Source of the DNA: an uncultured bacterium
GTDB taxonomy: Bacteria > Spirochaetota > JAHITG01
DNA: 58,138 nt
Reading direction: 5' to 3'
NCBI GenBank assembly: GCA_965373035.1
Contig: CBDVEP010000003.1
Coordinates: forward strand, 1 to 58,138
In this document: piece after piece, positions 1 through 9,818 of the stretch
Position numbering within the stretch: the first letter of the stretch is position 1
Layout of the letters: the number at the start of each line of letters is the position of its first letter
Position numbers and translations under genes: made by a program
The notes under the pieces: generated by a model
The model's input: the letters and a program-made list of their open reading frames with translations, nothing else
Databases searched by the model: none
What the model was told of the DNA's origin: nothing

Positions 1-1
1 T

Positions 2-931
2 TTACTATCAGGTTATTTATCTGCTAAAACAAATACAAAAAATTTAGATAAAAAAACTATTGATGAAGAAACAATGAGTTTTTGGGAAAAGACATTAAGT
101 TATGGCACCACAGGACAGAAAAAAAGTATAGTTAAATATATACGAGCAAGAGAGTGCTTAGAAGGCCAAAAATTAATATTAAAATTTTTATCAAATGAAA
201 AAGATAATAAAGTAAAACAATTAATGATTTCTACATTAGTTTATTTTACTAATAAGCAGGTTATTCCTTTTTTATTGGAAATAGTTAAAAATGATAATGA
301 TAATAATGAAGAACTTAAAAGACTTGCTATTTCTTCTCTTGGGGAATTAAAGTATAAAGATACTTATAAATACATAAGGAAATATCTTGATAGTGAAAAC
401 GATATGCTTGCAGAGACTACTTTAAGAACATTAGGAGAAACAGAAGCTAAGAGCATCATAGATGAATTGCTAAAAAGATTAAAAATAGAAGAAAGAGAAA
501 ATATACGAACCCAGCTTATATTAGCAATAGCAAACATAAAATCAAAAAAATCACAGGAGAGTTTAATATCGATATTTACCAATCAGGAGGAGAAAGAATT
601 AAATAGAGGATTTGCTGCAACAGGATTAGGATATATAAAAAACAAGCGTTCTTATGATTTATTAACAAAATATTATGATTTAGGGGCCATTAATATAAAA
701 ATGAGAATTATTGATGCATTAGGAAATTTAGGTTATAAAGAAAGTATAGATTTATTAATAGAGAGTGTAAAAAATGATAATAAAAATGTCAGGATTTTTG
801 GTATCAGATCATTAGGAAAGCTGAAAGCAAAGCAGGCAATTGATATTATAAAATATAAAAAAGATTTTGACCCTGAATATAAAGTAAGGCTTGAAGCTGA
901 GAAAGTATTGAAAACATTGACAGGCGAATAG
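2..931 (+). CDS. HEAT-repeat protein, 5' end outside the window
   Basis: Repeated helical units (AISSLGEL, TLRTLGET, AATGLGYI, IIDALGNL, GIRSLGKL). The frame is open from base 2, upstream of the ATG at 74. Confidence 0.8.
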   Translation, partial: LLSGYLSAKTNTKNLDKKTIDEETMSFWEKTLSYGTTGQKKSIVKYIRARECLEGQKLILKFLSNEKDNKVKQLMISTLVYFTNKQVIPFLLEIVKNDNDNNEELKRLAISSLGELKYKDTYKYIRKYLDSENDMLAETTLRTLGETEAKSIIDELLKRLKIEERENIRTQLILAIANIKSKKSQESLISIFTNQEEKELNRGFAATGLGYIKNKRSYDLLTKYYDLGAINIKMRIIDALGNLGYKESIDLLIESVKNDNKNVRIFGIRSLGKLKAKQAIDIIKYKKDFDPEYKVRLEAEKVLKTLTGE

Positions 932-1046
932 TATTTTGTGAAGTATTAAAAAAAGGGATATACATAATAATTTATAAATAATATAAATTTTACACTGGAT
1001 AAGACAATTTTTTTATTTAATTCGTGTAAATTCGTGGCTAAAATAA

Positions 1047-1367
1047 TTATGAAATATTTTTATAAAATTTAAAATATTGAGCAATTTTAGTAGCAGTAAA
1101 TACTTCAAGAACATCTTTTGATATGGAGAGAATTCCTAATTCACAATTGTTATCTTTTAGTTTTTTCATGGCATCAAGTAAAGTACCTAACCCGGCGCTG
1201 TCAATATAAACAATATTTTTAAAATCAATTAAAATTTTTTTAATATGCTCATCAATGAGTTTATCTAATATGTTTTTAAGTTCTCCAATGTTATTTAATT
1301 GAATTTCAGCTTCTGATTTTGTATGTCGAATAATTGTAAATTTGTCTTTTTTTTCTATTTTATACAT
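1047..1367 (-). CDS. STAS-domain anti-sigma factor antagonist
   Basis: IDFKNIVYIDSAGLG motif containing the phosphorylatable Ser; 106 aa. Confidence 0.9.
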   Translation of the reverse strand: MYKIEKKDKFTIIRHTKSEAEIQLNNIGELKNILDKLIDEHIKKILIDFKNIVYIDSAGLGTLLDAMKKLKDNNCELGILSISKDVLEVFTATKIAQYFKFYKNIS

Positions 1368-1424
1368 AATGTTTTTTATAACTATTAAGGAAGGATATAC
1401 CTGAATAGTTAATATTTTTTAAAA

Positions 1425-1970
1425 TTACTCTAAAATATCTAAATCATCTTTTGTATAGTATTTAATGCAAACTACTTTATTTTTTTTGGCATTAAAAATC
1501 ATTCCGCCATTCCAGAATTCAACTGCTGCAAATAAAGCATTACCCCCATCTTCAGTAGTGCTGTTCTTTGTTCGATAAGAAATATAATTTAACATTTTTT
1601 CAAAATTGTTTTCATAAAAACAGCGTGATCGTTTTTCATGAAATTCATTCCATCTGCCTATATCCTGAAATCCTTCTCCCTCATCTTCAACAATAATTCT
1701 CGCCATTTTTTTTTCTTCATTAAATTCCCACCGGATCTTTACTTTTTTATCAGGGTCTTGTTTGTTCCCATGAATAATAGCATTTTTAATAATCTCGCTT
1801 ATTTGTTGTTCTAATAAATTTTTCATTTTAAAACTATCTTTAGCATCAAATGCAATGATTGTAGCATAATTTCTAATTTGATTAAATTTGCTTGGAAATT
1901 CTTTATATTTCATTCCTTCTGTAGTGAAAAAAGGAGTATTTTCATCTACCATTAATCTTCTTATTTGCAT
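1425..1970 (-). CDS. RsbW-like anti-sigma factor / Ser kinase (HATPase_c)
   Basis: EIIKNAIIHGN N-box and VEDEGEGF G1 box; adjacent to the STAS gene. Confidence 0.8.
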   Translation of the reverse strand: MQIRRLMVDENTPFFTTEGMKYKEFPSKFNQIRNYATIIAFDAKDSFKMKNLLEQQISEIIKNAIIHGNKQDPDKKVKIRWEFNEEKKMARIIVEDEGEGFQDIGRWNEFHEKRSRCFYENNFEKMLNYISYRTKNSTTEDGGNALFAAVEFWNGGMIFNAKKNKVVCIKYYTKDDLDILE

Positions 1971-2052
1971 TTATAACTCCGAATTTAAACTCAACTAATT
2001 TATTTTAATAAAAAATAATTTAATGTCAAGAAATAGTTAAATAATGAATATT

Positions 2053-2745
2053 TTATTTTTTAAATAAAACTGATAGTATTTTATTCAAATACTTAATAAT
2101 CAATTTATTTTTTTTCTGTTCTGACAATTCGTATTTTTTTGTAATATTGACCTGAGTTTTCCCTGAAACAACAGATATATTGGTGCTGAAAGATTGAATA
2201 TAATCTTTAGCACTAACAATATCAGGCTTAATGATTTTTGAGTAATAAGAGATAGATGGATTAATAACATCTGTAGAGAAGATTTGTCTTTTATTTTTAA
2301 TCAGTTTGGGATTGACAATCCCCTTAATACTTACCTTTTCTAGTGTGTCATTGATTTTAATGGAATGAGAACCTGTTATCTGAAGGTTGCCATTATTTAA
2401 TATTTTGGTTATCTGAGCAGTTATCCTTTTTGATAAAATTCCTTTGTTTTTAGTAGAGGACTTTTGTAATGTCTGGAAATTATCGCCACTACTTAAATCA
2501 GGTAAAAAATTAATTGATAGTCCCTGTCCTGCCTTTGTTGTTGTTGTTATTTTGTTTTCTTCAGATAAGGATATTTGATAATTAATAAGTGTTTTTTCAT
2601 TAAAAATTATTTTTAATGTATCTCCAATTTTATAATTATGTTTGGTAGAATAAATATTATTGTTTTCATTCCATAATATTTTAGAATAAGCAGGGTTAAA
2701 GATAAGTAATAAAAATAATAATAAACTAATAATTTTTTTCATCAT
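2053..2745 (-). CDS. flgH: Flagellar L-ring protein FlgH-like
   Basis: KIGDTLKIIFNE, ITAQITKILNNGNLQITG and KGIVNP motifs. Signal peptide begins at the ATG at 2745. Confidence 0.75.
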   Translation of the reverse strand: MMKKIISLLLFLLLIFNPAYSKILWNENNNIYSTKHNYKIGDTLKIIFNEKTLINYQISLSEENKITTTTKAGQGLSINFLPDLSSGDNFQTLQKSSTKNKGILSKRITAQITKILNNGNLQITGSHSIKINDTLEKVSIKGIVNPKLIKNKRQIFSTDVINPSISYYSKIIKPDIVSAKDYIQSFSTNISVVSGKTQVNITKKYELSEQKKNKLIIKYLNKILSVLFKK

Positions 2746-2746
2746 T

Positions 2747-4300
2747 TCATCGTTGGTAAATAGAAAAAATATAATTTTCATAAAAGTTACTGTGTTTATC
2801 GGCATCTTTTAAAATAATATAATAAGTTCCTTCTTTTAATAATAATGTAGCAGTTTCTCCGTATCCATTAGGTTTTGAATTTATTTCTTTAATAATGTTT
2901 TTTTCTGTATCATAAATTATTATTATGAAATCAATTTGAGGAATTGGAGAGACATCAATTTTTATATTTTGATCATTATTAATATTAAATATAAAAAAAT
3001 CTTTATCGCCAGCAGGTGAAATATATCCTTCATAAGAATGATTAATATTAATATTTATAGCATTTTCAAATGAGTTATTAGGTTCATATTCCCATGTTTT
3101 TTTAAATGGATTTATTTTCAGAGTAAGAGTATAATAATCAAGATAATTTTGATTTTGGTTTGATTTATCTGAAATACTTAAATAGTATTGACCTTTATGT
3201 AATAACAGATTAGGCATTATTTCTGCCTCATTATCAGGATAATTATCTAATGTATAAATTTTTTCTCCTATGTGATTGAATATTTCACATTTTAGATTTA
3301 CAGTAGAAAGAGGAGTAATAGAAATATTAAGAATTGATTTTTTTTCATTAATAAAAAAAGTATACCAATCAATATCATAAACAGGATTAATATAACCTTT
3401 AATATGAGTTTGGATAGGAGTAGCTTTACTTAAGCTGTCATTTGGTTCCATTTCAAATTGAGAATTAATTTTATTTAAGTTTAAGTATAATTGGTAAGGA
3501 ATAGTGTCATTTTGATAATTTATATTTTTATTATAAACTTTAATATAATATTCCCCTTTTTGATAAATACCAAAATTTTTTAAAATTTCCGGTTCATCAA
3601 TGCCCAGACTATCTGCTTTTTTTATGAGAAATCCAAGATTATTATATAATTCAATAACAGGATCAATATCAGGAATGCTTGTAATTTCAATAGAAAGGAC
3701 ATTAGTTTTATCTGAAGTATAAAATTTAAACCAATCTGCTTCCTGATTATTTAGATCAGGTAAAGCTAAATTAAACGCAGGATTAAAAAAGCCTTTAACA
3801 TAGCCATTTGTAATATTAACAGCATTAGCTTCTACCAGTTTATCATTAGGTTCTTTTTCAATATTCTTATTATAAGAATAAAGTTTTATATTAAGGAGAT
3901 AATTAATTTGCTCATGTTCATTAGGATTTTTTATGATTTTTATATAATATACGCCTTGTTTTAAGGCGATATTTTTAAAGACAATTTTATTTTTTTTGTT
4001 TTCATAATCTTCTTCTAACAGATGAGTACTTTTAATTAAAGTGTTTTGAAAATAAAGACTTAAATTTAAAGGATTGGGGTTTTTAGCTGAAAGTTCAATG
4101 TCTATAAAATTAGTTTCAGATTCACAAATAATAAATTTGTAATAATCAATATCTTTATTATCTATTTGTCCGGATAGAACAAGCGGGATATTAATAAGTT
4201 GACTTCTCCATTTAGTATTATTTGGTTCTTTTTCTTTTTCCTTTTTTACCGAGCATGAAACCATGATTAATAGAAGAAACAGTAAAATATATTTCCTCAT
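2747..4300 (-). CDS. Lipoprotein with tandem PPC-like (pre-peptidase C-terminal) domains
   Basis: Lipobox-like MVSC; three ExEPN[DN]...A repeats and D.D[WYF][YF].F motifs. Start reassigned to MRKYILL at 4300. Confidence 0.7.
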   Translation of the reverse strand: MRKYILLFLLLIMVSCSVKKEKEKEPNNTKWRSQLINIPLVLSGQIDNKDIDYYKFIICESETNFIDIELSAKNPNPLNLSLYFQNTLIKSTHLLEEDYENKKNKIVFKNIALKQGVYYIKIIKNPNEHEQINYLLNIKLYSYNKNIEKEPNDKLVEANAVNITNGYVKGFFNPAFNLALPDLNNQEADWFKFYTSDKTNVLSIEITSIPDIDPVIELYNNLGFLIKKADSLGIDEPEILKNFGIYQKGEYYIKVYNKNINYQNDTIPYQLYLNLNKINSQFEMEPNDSLSKATPIQTHIKGYINPVYDIDWYTFFINEKKSILNISITPLSTVNLKCEIFNHIGEKIYTLDNYPDNEAEIMPNLLLHKGQYYLSISDKSNQNQNYLDYYTLTLKINPFKKTWEYEPNNSFENAINININHSYEGYISPAGDKDFFIFNINNDQNIKIDVSPIPQIDFIIIIYDTEKNIIKEINSKPNGYGETATLLLKEGTYYIILKDADKHSNFYENYIFSIYQR

Positions 4301-4371
4301 AATCTTTAGTTTATTATAATAGTAAGTTTTGTCAAGTAAATGTTGATTTATTAATTTTATTTGTTTATTTA

Positions 4372-4444
4372 GGTGACAGGTCTTCACTTTATCACTTTTT
4401 TATTTTTATATTATAAAAAAGTGATAAAGTGAAGACCTGGCACC
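4372..4444. repeat. REP-like palindrome
   Basis: ggtgacaggtcttcactttatcacttttt ... aaaaagtgataaagtgaagacctggcacc, a near-perfect ~29-bp inverted repeat. Confidence 0.85.
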
Positions 4445-4455
4445 AAGGGTTTAAA

Positions 4456-5214
4456 ATGAGTGAAAATGAATTAAAAAGGCAAATAATAGAAATAGGGAAA
4501 AGATTGTGGATGCGGGGATATGTTGCAGCTAATGATGGTAATATTACAGTAAAGATAAATGATGAAGAAATATTAGCAACTCCAACAGGGGTAAGTAAAG
4601 GATTTATGACAAATGAAATGATTATTAAATTAAATATTTATAAAGATAATCCACAAAAAAAAAATAATTATAAACCATCCAGTGAAATAAAAATGCATTT
4701 GGAAGTATACAGGAAAAGGAAAGATATTCAGGCTGTTATTCATGCTCACCCTCCATATTGTACAAGTTTTGCCATGGCTGGAATACCTTTAAATAAGTGT
4801 ATTATTCCAGAAGCGATTGTATCTTTAGGAGCTGTTTCTATTGCTCCTTATGCAACCCCTTCAACTGAAGAAGTTCCGCAATCAATTAAAGCTTTAATTA
4901 AAAAATCAGATGTTTTATTATTGGCAAATCATGGTGCTTTAACAATAGGGACTGATTTAAAGAATGCATATTTTAAAATGGAAACTTTAGAGCATTCATC
5001 ACAAATTATTTTTCAAACCATGCAGCTGGGAAAAGTGAATATGCTTAAAAAAGAAGAAGTAAAAAAATTAATGGAAGTAAGAAAAAAAATGAATATACAG
5101 GGAAAGATTATGCAATGTGAATATACAGAAGAGAAAAAAAATAGTTTAAATAGTGAATTAATTGAAAGTATAACTGATGAGGTATTAAGAAGACTTAAAA
5201 AATTTGAAAAATAA
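4456..5214 (+). CDS. Class II aldolase/adducin family protein (fuculose/rhamnulose-phosphate aldolase-like)
   Basis: DGNIT, TPTG, PSSEIKMH, HAHPP and LLANHG motifs. Confidence 0.9.
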   Translation: MSENELKRQIIEIGKRLWMRGYVAANDGNITVKINDEEILATPTGVSKGFMTNEMIIKLNIYKDNPQKKNNYKPSSEIKMHLEVYRKRKDIQAVIHAHPPYCTSFAMAGIPLNKCIIPEAIVSLGAVSIAPYATPSTEEVPQSIKALIKKSDVLLLANHGALTIGTDLKNAYFKMETLEHSSQIIFQTMQLGKVNMLKKEEVKKLMEVRKKMNIQGKIMQCEYTEEKKNSLNSELIESITDEVLRRLKKFEK

Positions 5215-5272
5215 TTTACTCAGGTCAAACAATTAATTTGACAAAATATTTTGATTTGTTATTGTATGCTCT

Positions 5273-5752
5273 ATGTTACATCAGTTTGTTGAGTTTTTAA
5301 AGAATTCTCATCTAAATAAGGAAATGATTACTTTTATAGTGAGTATGATGCCTATATTTGAGTTGAGGGGAGCTATTCCACTTGCTGTATTACATTTTAA
5401 ATTTCCTTTATTAAAAGCTTATTGGATCTCCTGGCTGGGTAATTTAGTCCCGATTTTACCTATTATATTTTTTTTAGAACCAATTAGAAAAGCTTTATCC
5501 CATATTAAAATTATTGATAAATTTTTTACATGGTTTTATGCACGGACTTATAAAAAAGGTAAGAAAGTAATGAAATATGGTGCCATTGGTCTTATTTTGT
5601 TTGTTGCCATACCATTGCCTGTAACAGGTGCATGGACTGGCTCTGTAGCTGCTATTTTATTTAATATTAAACCCCGCTGGGCATTTCCTGCTATTATACT
5701 TGGAGTAACTATAGCCGGGATAGTAGTTTCTTCTTTGGTTTCTTTGTTTTAA
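5273..5752 (+). CDS. COG2426 small multidrug-export-like membrane protein
   Basis: PIFELRGAIP and FVAIPLPVTGAWTG motifs. Confidence 0.85.
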   Translation: MLHQFVEFLKNSHLNKEMITFIVSMMPIFELRGAIPLAVLHFKFPLLKAYWISWLGNLVPILPIIFFLEPIRKALSHIKIIDKFFTWFYARTYKKGKKVMKYGAIGLILFVAIPLPVTGAWTGSVAAILFNIKPRWAFPAIILGVTIAGIVVSSLVSLF

Positions 5753-5793
5753 ATATTAGTTGAAATATCATTATTAGGTATTATACTGATAGC

Positions 5794-6570
5794 ATGTCAG
5801 ATAACTTTATAAAACTTACTGATATTGTTGCTCAACTGCGAGGGCCTGGTGGATGTCTATGGGATAGACAACAGACATTAAGAAGTATAAGGCAAAATAT
5901 AATAGAAGAAGCTTATGAAACAATTGAAGCAATAAATACCAATAATTATAATTTATTAAAAGAAGAAGCAGGGGATTTATTATTACAGTCTGTTTTTATA
6001 TCACAGATAACTAAAGAAAAGAATAAATTTAATATTAATGATGTTATTGTTGAGGTAACAAATAAACTTATTCGGCGTCATCCACATGTTTTTAAAAAAA
6101 AAAAGGTAAGAGATACTGACCATATTCTACAAAATTGGGAACATATTAAAAAAGAAGAAAAGACAAAAGGAGAGAATGATTCGATTTTAAGTGATATTCC
6201 TGATATTTTACCTGCGCTTTTAAAAGCAGGTAAAGTTCAAAGCAAAGTAGAGAGGTTCGGGTTTAGATGGGATTCCATAAAATATCCAGTTAAAAAATTA
6301 AAAGAAGAAGTACAGGAATTCATAGAAGAGATAAAAAGAAAAAAAGTTTCAAAGAAAAAAGTAGAAGAGGAATTCGGGGATATTTTATTTACTTTAGTAA
6401 ATATAGGGAGATTTTATAAGCTCAATTCAGAGGAAGCATTAAATAAAACCATTAGAAAATTTAAAAAGCGATTTCAGTATATTGAAAGAAAATTGAAAAA
6501 AGATAAGAAAAAATTGTCAGATTTAAAAATTCATACTCTTGAAAAATTATGGCAGGAGGCAAAATCATAA
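5794..6570 (+). CDS. mazG: Nucleoside triphosphate pyrophosphohydrolase MazG
   Basis: GCLWDRQQT, EEAYE, EEAGDLL, KLIRRHPHVF and EEFGDILF motifs. Confidence 0.95.
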   Translation: MSDNFIKLTDIVAQLRGPGGCLWDRQQTLRSIRQNIIEEAYETIEAINTNNYNLLKEEAGDLLLQSVFISQITKEKNKFNINDVIVEVTNKLIRRHPHVFKKKKVRDTDHILQNWEHIKKEEKTKGENDSILSDIPDILPALLKAGKVQSKVERFGFRWDSIKYPVKKLKEEVQEFIEEIKRKKVSKKKVEEEFGDILFTLVNIGRFYKLNSEEALNKTIRKFKKRFQYIERKLKKDKKKLSDLKIHTLEKLWQEAKS

Positions 6571-6589
6571 TTAAGATTGAGGTATTTCA

Positions 6590-7426
6590 ATGTCAATTTA
6601 TATAAGAGAACCAGTTGTTCGGGGGATGTTTTATCCTGCTAATAAGAATAATTTATCAAAAATGATATCTACTTTTTTATTAAATACTAATCCGGAAGTG
6701 AAGAAAAACAAAGAATTGCTGGGATTAATAGTACCGCATGCAGGTTATGTTTATTCAGGTGGCTGTGCTGCTTATGCTTATAAATTGTTGAAATCAAAAG
6801 AAATTGATACAGTTATTATTATTGGTCCTTCTCATTATACTGTTTTAAATGGAGCCTCAGTATGGGGGAAAGGAGAATATAGAACACCACTGGGTAATGT
6901 GGAAATTGATGAAGAAACATCTTCTTATTTAATAGAGAATGGGTCAAGTATCGAGTTTTACCAGGTTGCTCATATGCAGGAACATTCTATTGAGGTTCAG
7001 GTACCTTTCCTGCAGTATGTTTTAAAAAATAAATTTAAAGTAGTCCCGATTATTATTGGTAATCAAACCTATGATTATTCATCAAAATTAGCAGCTACAC
7101 TTTATAATTTAATTCAGAAAAATCCAAAAAAGTATTTAATAGTTGCAAGTTCTGATTTATCTCATTATCATAGTAATGATGCTGCAGAAAGAATGGATGG
7201 TTATGTTATAGAATTAATAAAAAAAATGGATAAAAAAGAATTAGCACGGTGTGTTGAAACAGGCAAGGGAGAAGCCTGTGGAATTGGCAGTATTTTAACG
7301 ATGTTATTTTTAGCAGAAAAATATAATACAGATATTATTGATATATTAAATGTTGTTAATTCAGGGGATGTTTCAGGAGATAAAAACAGGGTAGTCGGGT
7401 ATATGTCCGCAGCAATATATAAATAG
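6590..7426 (+). CDS. amrB: AmmeMemoRadiSam system protein B (MEMO1 family)
   Basis: GMFYP, PHAGYVYSG, GPSH, EHSIEVQVPFLQ, SSDLSHY, ACG and VVGY motifs. Confidence 0.93.
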   Translation: MSIYIREPVVRGMFYPANKNNLSKMISTFLLNTNPEVKKNKELLGLIVPHAGYVYSGGCAAYAYKLLKSKEIDTVIIIGPSHYTVLNGASVWGKGEYRTPLGNVEIDEETSSYLIENGSSIEFYQVAHMQEHSIEVQVPFLQYVLKNKFKVVPIIIGNQTYDYSSKLAATLYNLIQKNPKKYLIVASSDLSHYHSNDAAERMDGYVIELIKKMDKKELARCVETGKGEACGIGSILTMLFLAEKYNTDIIDILNVVNSGDVSGDKNRVVGYMSAAIYK

Positions 7427-7448
7427 TTTGCAGTAGGGAGATGAAATT

Positions 7449-8012
7449 GTGGATTTAACTTCTGATGATAAGCAGTTTTTATTAAAAGTAGTAAGGGATA
7501 CATTATTTGCAAAGTTAACAGAAAATGAGATACCTGTTTATTATAATAAACTTAAAAATTTATATGAGGATAAAATAGGTGTTTTTATTAAAATGATGAA
7601 TAAAGACAATGTCAGGGCATATGGTGGAATCCTTATGCCTGAACAGAATTTAATTACAACGATTCAGCGAATAACAATTCAATCTTGTTTTCATGATGCC
7701 AGGTTTTCACCTGTTACGAATGAAGAATTTGAAAATATCAACATACATTTGGCTTTAATTGATGCTATTGAAGAGATAAATGATAAAAAATTTATTAAAC
7801 CTCAGATACATGGTTTACTTATTCAATTTAAAGGAAAAAAAGGTATATTACTTCCATGGGATATGAGAGAGCTTTCCTTAAGTATCGAGGAATATATTGC
7901 TGAGGCTGCTTTAAAATCCGGGATTACTGACGTGAATAATGTTCACCTGAAACTAATCAGGCTGACAGCTTTTAATGAGAAAGAATTTCAATTAACTTCT
8001 CAGATTCTATGA
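7449..8012 (+). CDS. amrA: AMMECR1-domain protein (AmmeMemoRadiSam protein A-like, divergent)
   Basis: GVFI, DARFSPV, HGLLI and GILLP motifs; follows amrB. The usual LRGCIG motif is degenerate. Confidence 0.75.
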   Translation: MDLTSDDKQFLLKVVRDTLFAKLTENEIPVYYNKLKNLYEDKIGVFIKMMNKDNVRAYGGILMPEQNLITTIQRITIQSCFHDARFSPVTNEEFENINIHLALIDAIEEINDKKFIKPQIHGLLIQFKGKKGILLPWDMRELSLSIEEYIAEAALKSGITDVNNVHLKLIRLTAFNEKEFQLTSQIL

Positions 8013-9706
8013 AATCAAAATTAATAATTACCATTATAATTTTTACTTTACTTTTTTACTGTTACAGGATACATATTGAACTGAAAAGCAGATCAGTTGG
8101 CTTGTTCATGAATTATAAGACTATGTTACATTATTATTATGATGATAATAATAAATTTGAAAAGTTTATGGATAAATTAATCCAATATAAAGTTTTTAAT
8201 ATTCTTATACATCCTTCTACTCTTTTAGACTTAACCTGTGAATATAATGAAATAATGTTAATGCCAGGTAATAAATTAAATTTGCTTTTTAAGACAAAAC
8301 ACTTTGCAGAAGCTTATACTTATCTTTTAATTCCAAAAAATTATAAGGATAAAATTATTACAATACCTGAATTTTTAAATAAGTTTGCTTATAATAAATA
8401 TATAGTATTTGAGTTTAGCAAGCCTTTTTATTATATTCAAAAAGCTGTAATGGAATATCATCATAAATATGAAGATTTACTAATAAAAAAAAAGTTTAAT
8501 CTTATTCGTTTACAGGATAAGGGTTTTGTAAAGGAAATAGATAATTTTTTAATTAAAGGAGAACAGAAATATTTCATAAGAGATAAAATTAAAAAGAATG
8601 AGGCAGTTATAAAAATTCATAAATTTAATAAAATCATTTATGAAAAAAAGGATATAAATAAGTTTATAGATGAGAATGTCAGAGCTGTTGTAGAACGGAA
8701 TGTAAAAGGGATAATTATTCCCACTCTGATCTATAAAAATAAAATCATTAAATTAAATCAACTAATACTGAATTTAATTAAAAGATTAGAAAAAAAGTCC
8801 TATTCATTTGCCCGAAGTTATCCGGATTTAAATATAAATAAAAAATTGATTTTTTTATATAAAATTATTATTGCATTACTGGCTGGAACTCTTTTCATCT
8901 ATCTTTTCCCTTCATTAAAATATTATTTTTTGTTATTACTGACTGCAATTATTACCATAAAATTTTCTCTTACATATATAATATTAATTTTTCTTTTTTT
9001 CTTTATAATAAATAATTTTATTTTAAAATGTCATACAAATAATGCTTTTAATTTAAAAAATTTGTTTTTATTTATAGGGTATTTATTTTTATCTGGTATA
9101 TGTATTTCTAATTTCCTGTGGATGAAAATTACTTTTTTTTATCCTTATGAAGTTTATGGTATAAAGTTTGTTTTTATTTTACCACTTATATTATGGACTG
9201 TGCAGTATATTTATTTCAAAAAATATCATATAAAACAAATTTTAAGATGGGATATAAACATGGTTCGTTATATTATATTAACATTATTTTTTATATTGAT
9301 ACCTGTTTTACTACTGCGAACAGGGAATTATTATCTTGGTGTTTCTTCATTAGAATTAAAGGTAAGACAGGTTCTGGAGAATATATTTTTTATAAGACCT
9401 CGTTTTAAGGAAATGTTTTTTTATATTTTTTTATTTTTACTTTTTATGGGGCAGAGAATCCCTGTAATAAAAAATAATTTTTTTCTAATTTATTTATTTA
9501 CATTAATTGCTGTTTCTACAACAATGAACTCATTTTTACATATTCATACTTTAAGTTATTACAGTATAATTCGTTCTTTAATTGGAATGGGAATTGGATT
9601 TTTTATAGCAGGGATTATTTTAATTATAATGCAGAATTACACTATCATTTTAAAATTTTGTATAATATGCCACAGAGGCACAAAGGCACAGAGAAAAAAA
9701 ATTTAA
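8009..9706 (+). CDS. DUF5693-like polytopic membrane protein
   Basis: RAVVERNV, GIKF, RTGN, RPRFKE and NSFLHIHT motifs; lies upstream of the csaB-like gene. Confidence 0.7.
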   Translation: MKSKLIITIIIFTLLFYCYRIHIELKSRSVGLFMNYKTMLHYYYDDNNKFEKFMDKLIQYKVFNILIHPSTLLDLTCEYNEIMLMPGNKLNLLFKTKHFAEAYTYLLIPKNYKDKIITIPEFLNKFAYNKYIVFEFSKPFYYIQKAVMEYHHKYEDLLIKKKFNLIRLQDKGFVKEIDNFLIKGEQKYFIRDKIKKNEAVIKIHKFNKIIYEKKDINKFIDENVRAVVERNVKGIIIPTLIYKNKIIKLNQLILNLIKRLEKKSYSFARSYPDLNINKKLIFLYKIIIALLAGTLFIYLFPSLKYYFLLLLTAIITIKFSLTYIILIFLFFFIINNFILKCHTNNAFNLKNLFLFIGYLFLSGICISNFLWMKITFFYPYEVYGIKFVFILPLILWTVQYIYFKKYHIKQILRWDINMVRYIILTLFFILIPVLLLRTGNYYLGVSSLELKVRQVLENIFFIRPRFKEMFFYIFLFLLFMGQRIPVIKNNFFLIYLFTLIAVSTTMNSFLHIHTLSYYSIIRSLIGMGIGFFIAGIILIIMQNYTIILKFCIICHRGTKAQRKKI

Positions 9707-9790
9707 ATTTTAAAGTTAATTACATTTTTTATATGAGAGTAATTTAAAATATTTTCTATTAATTTTATAAACTCTGTGTCTCTGTGGCAT
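9667..9790. repeat. Inverted repeat built from tandem ~8-nt units (cacagagg / ctctgtgt)
   Basis: atgccacagaggcacaaaggcacagag (9667-9693) pairs with ctctgtgtctctgtggcat (9772-9790). Confidence 0.85.
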
Positions 9791-9818
9791 GTATTATTTT
9801 TATTTTATTTAGAAATAT

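Noticed and set aside
6094-6104. Long A run in mazG as a phase-variation site
   Set aside because: The frame is intact and long A runs are common at this AT content.
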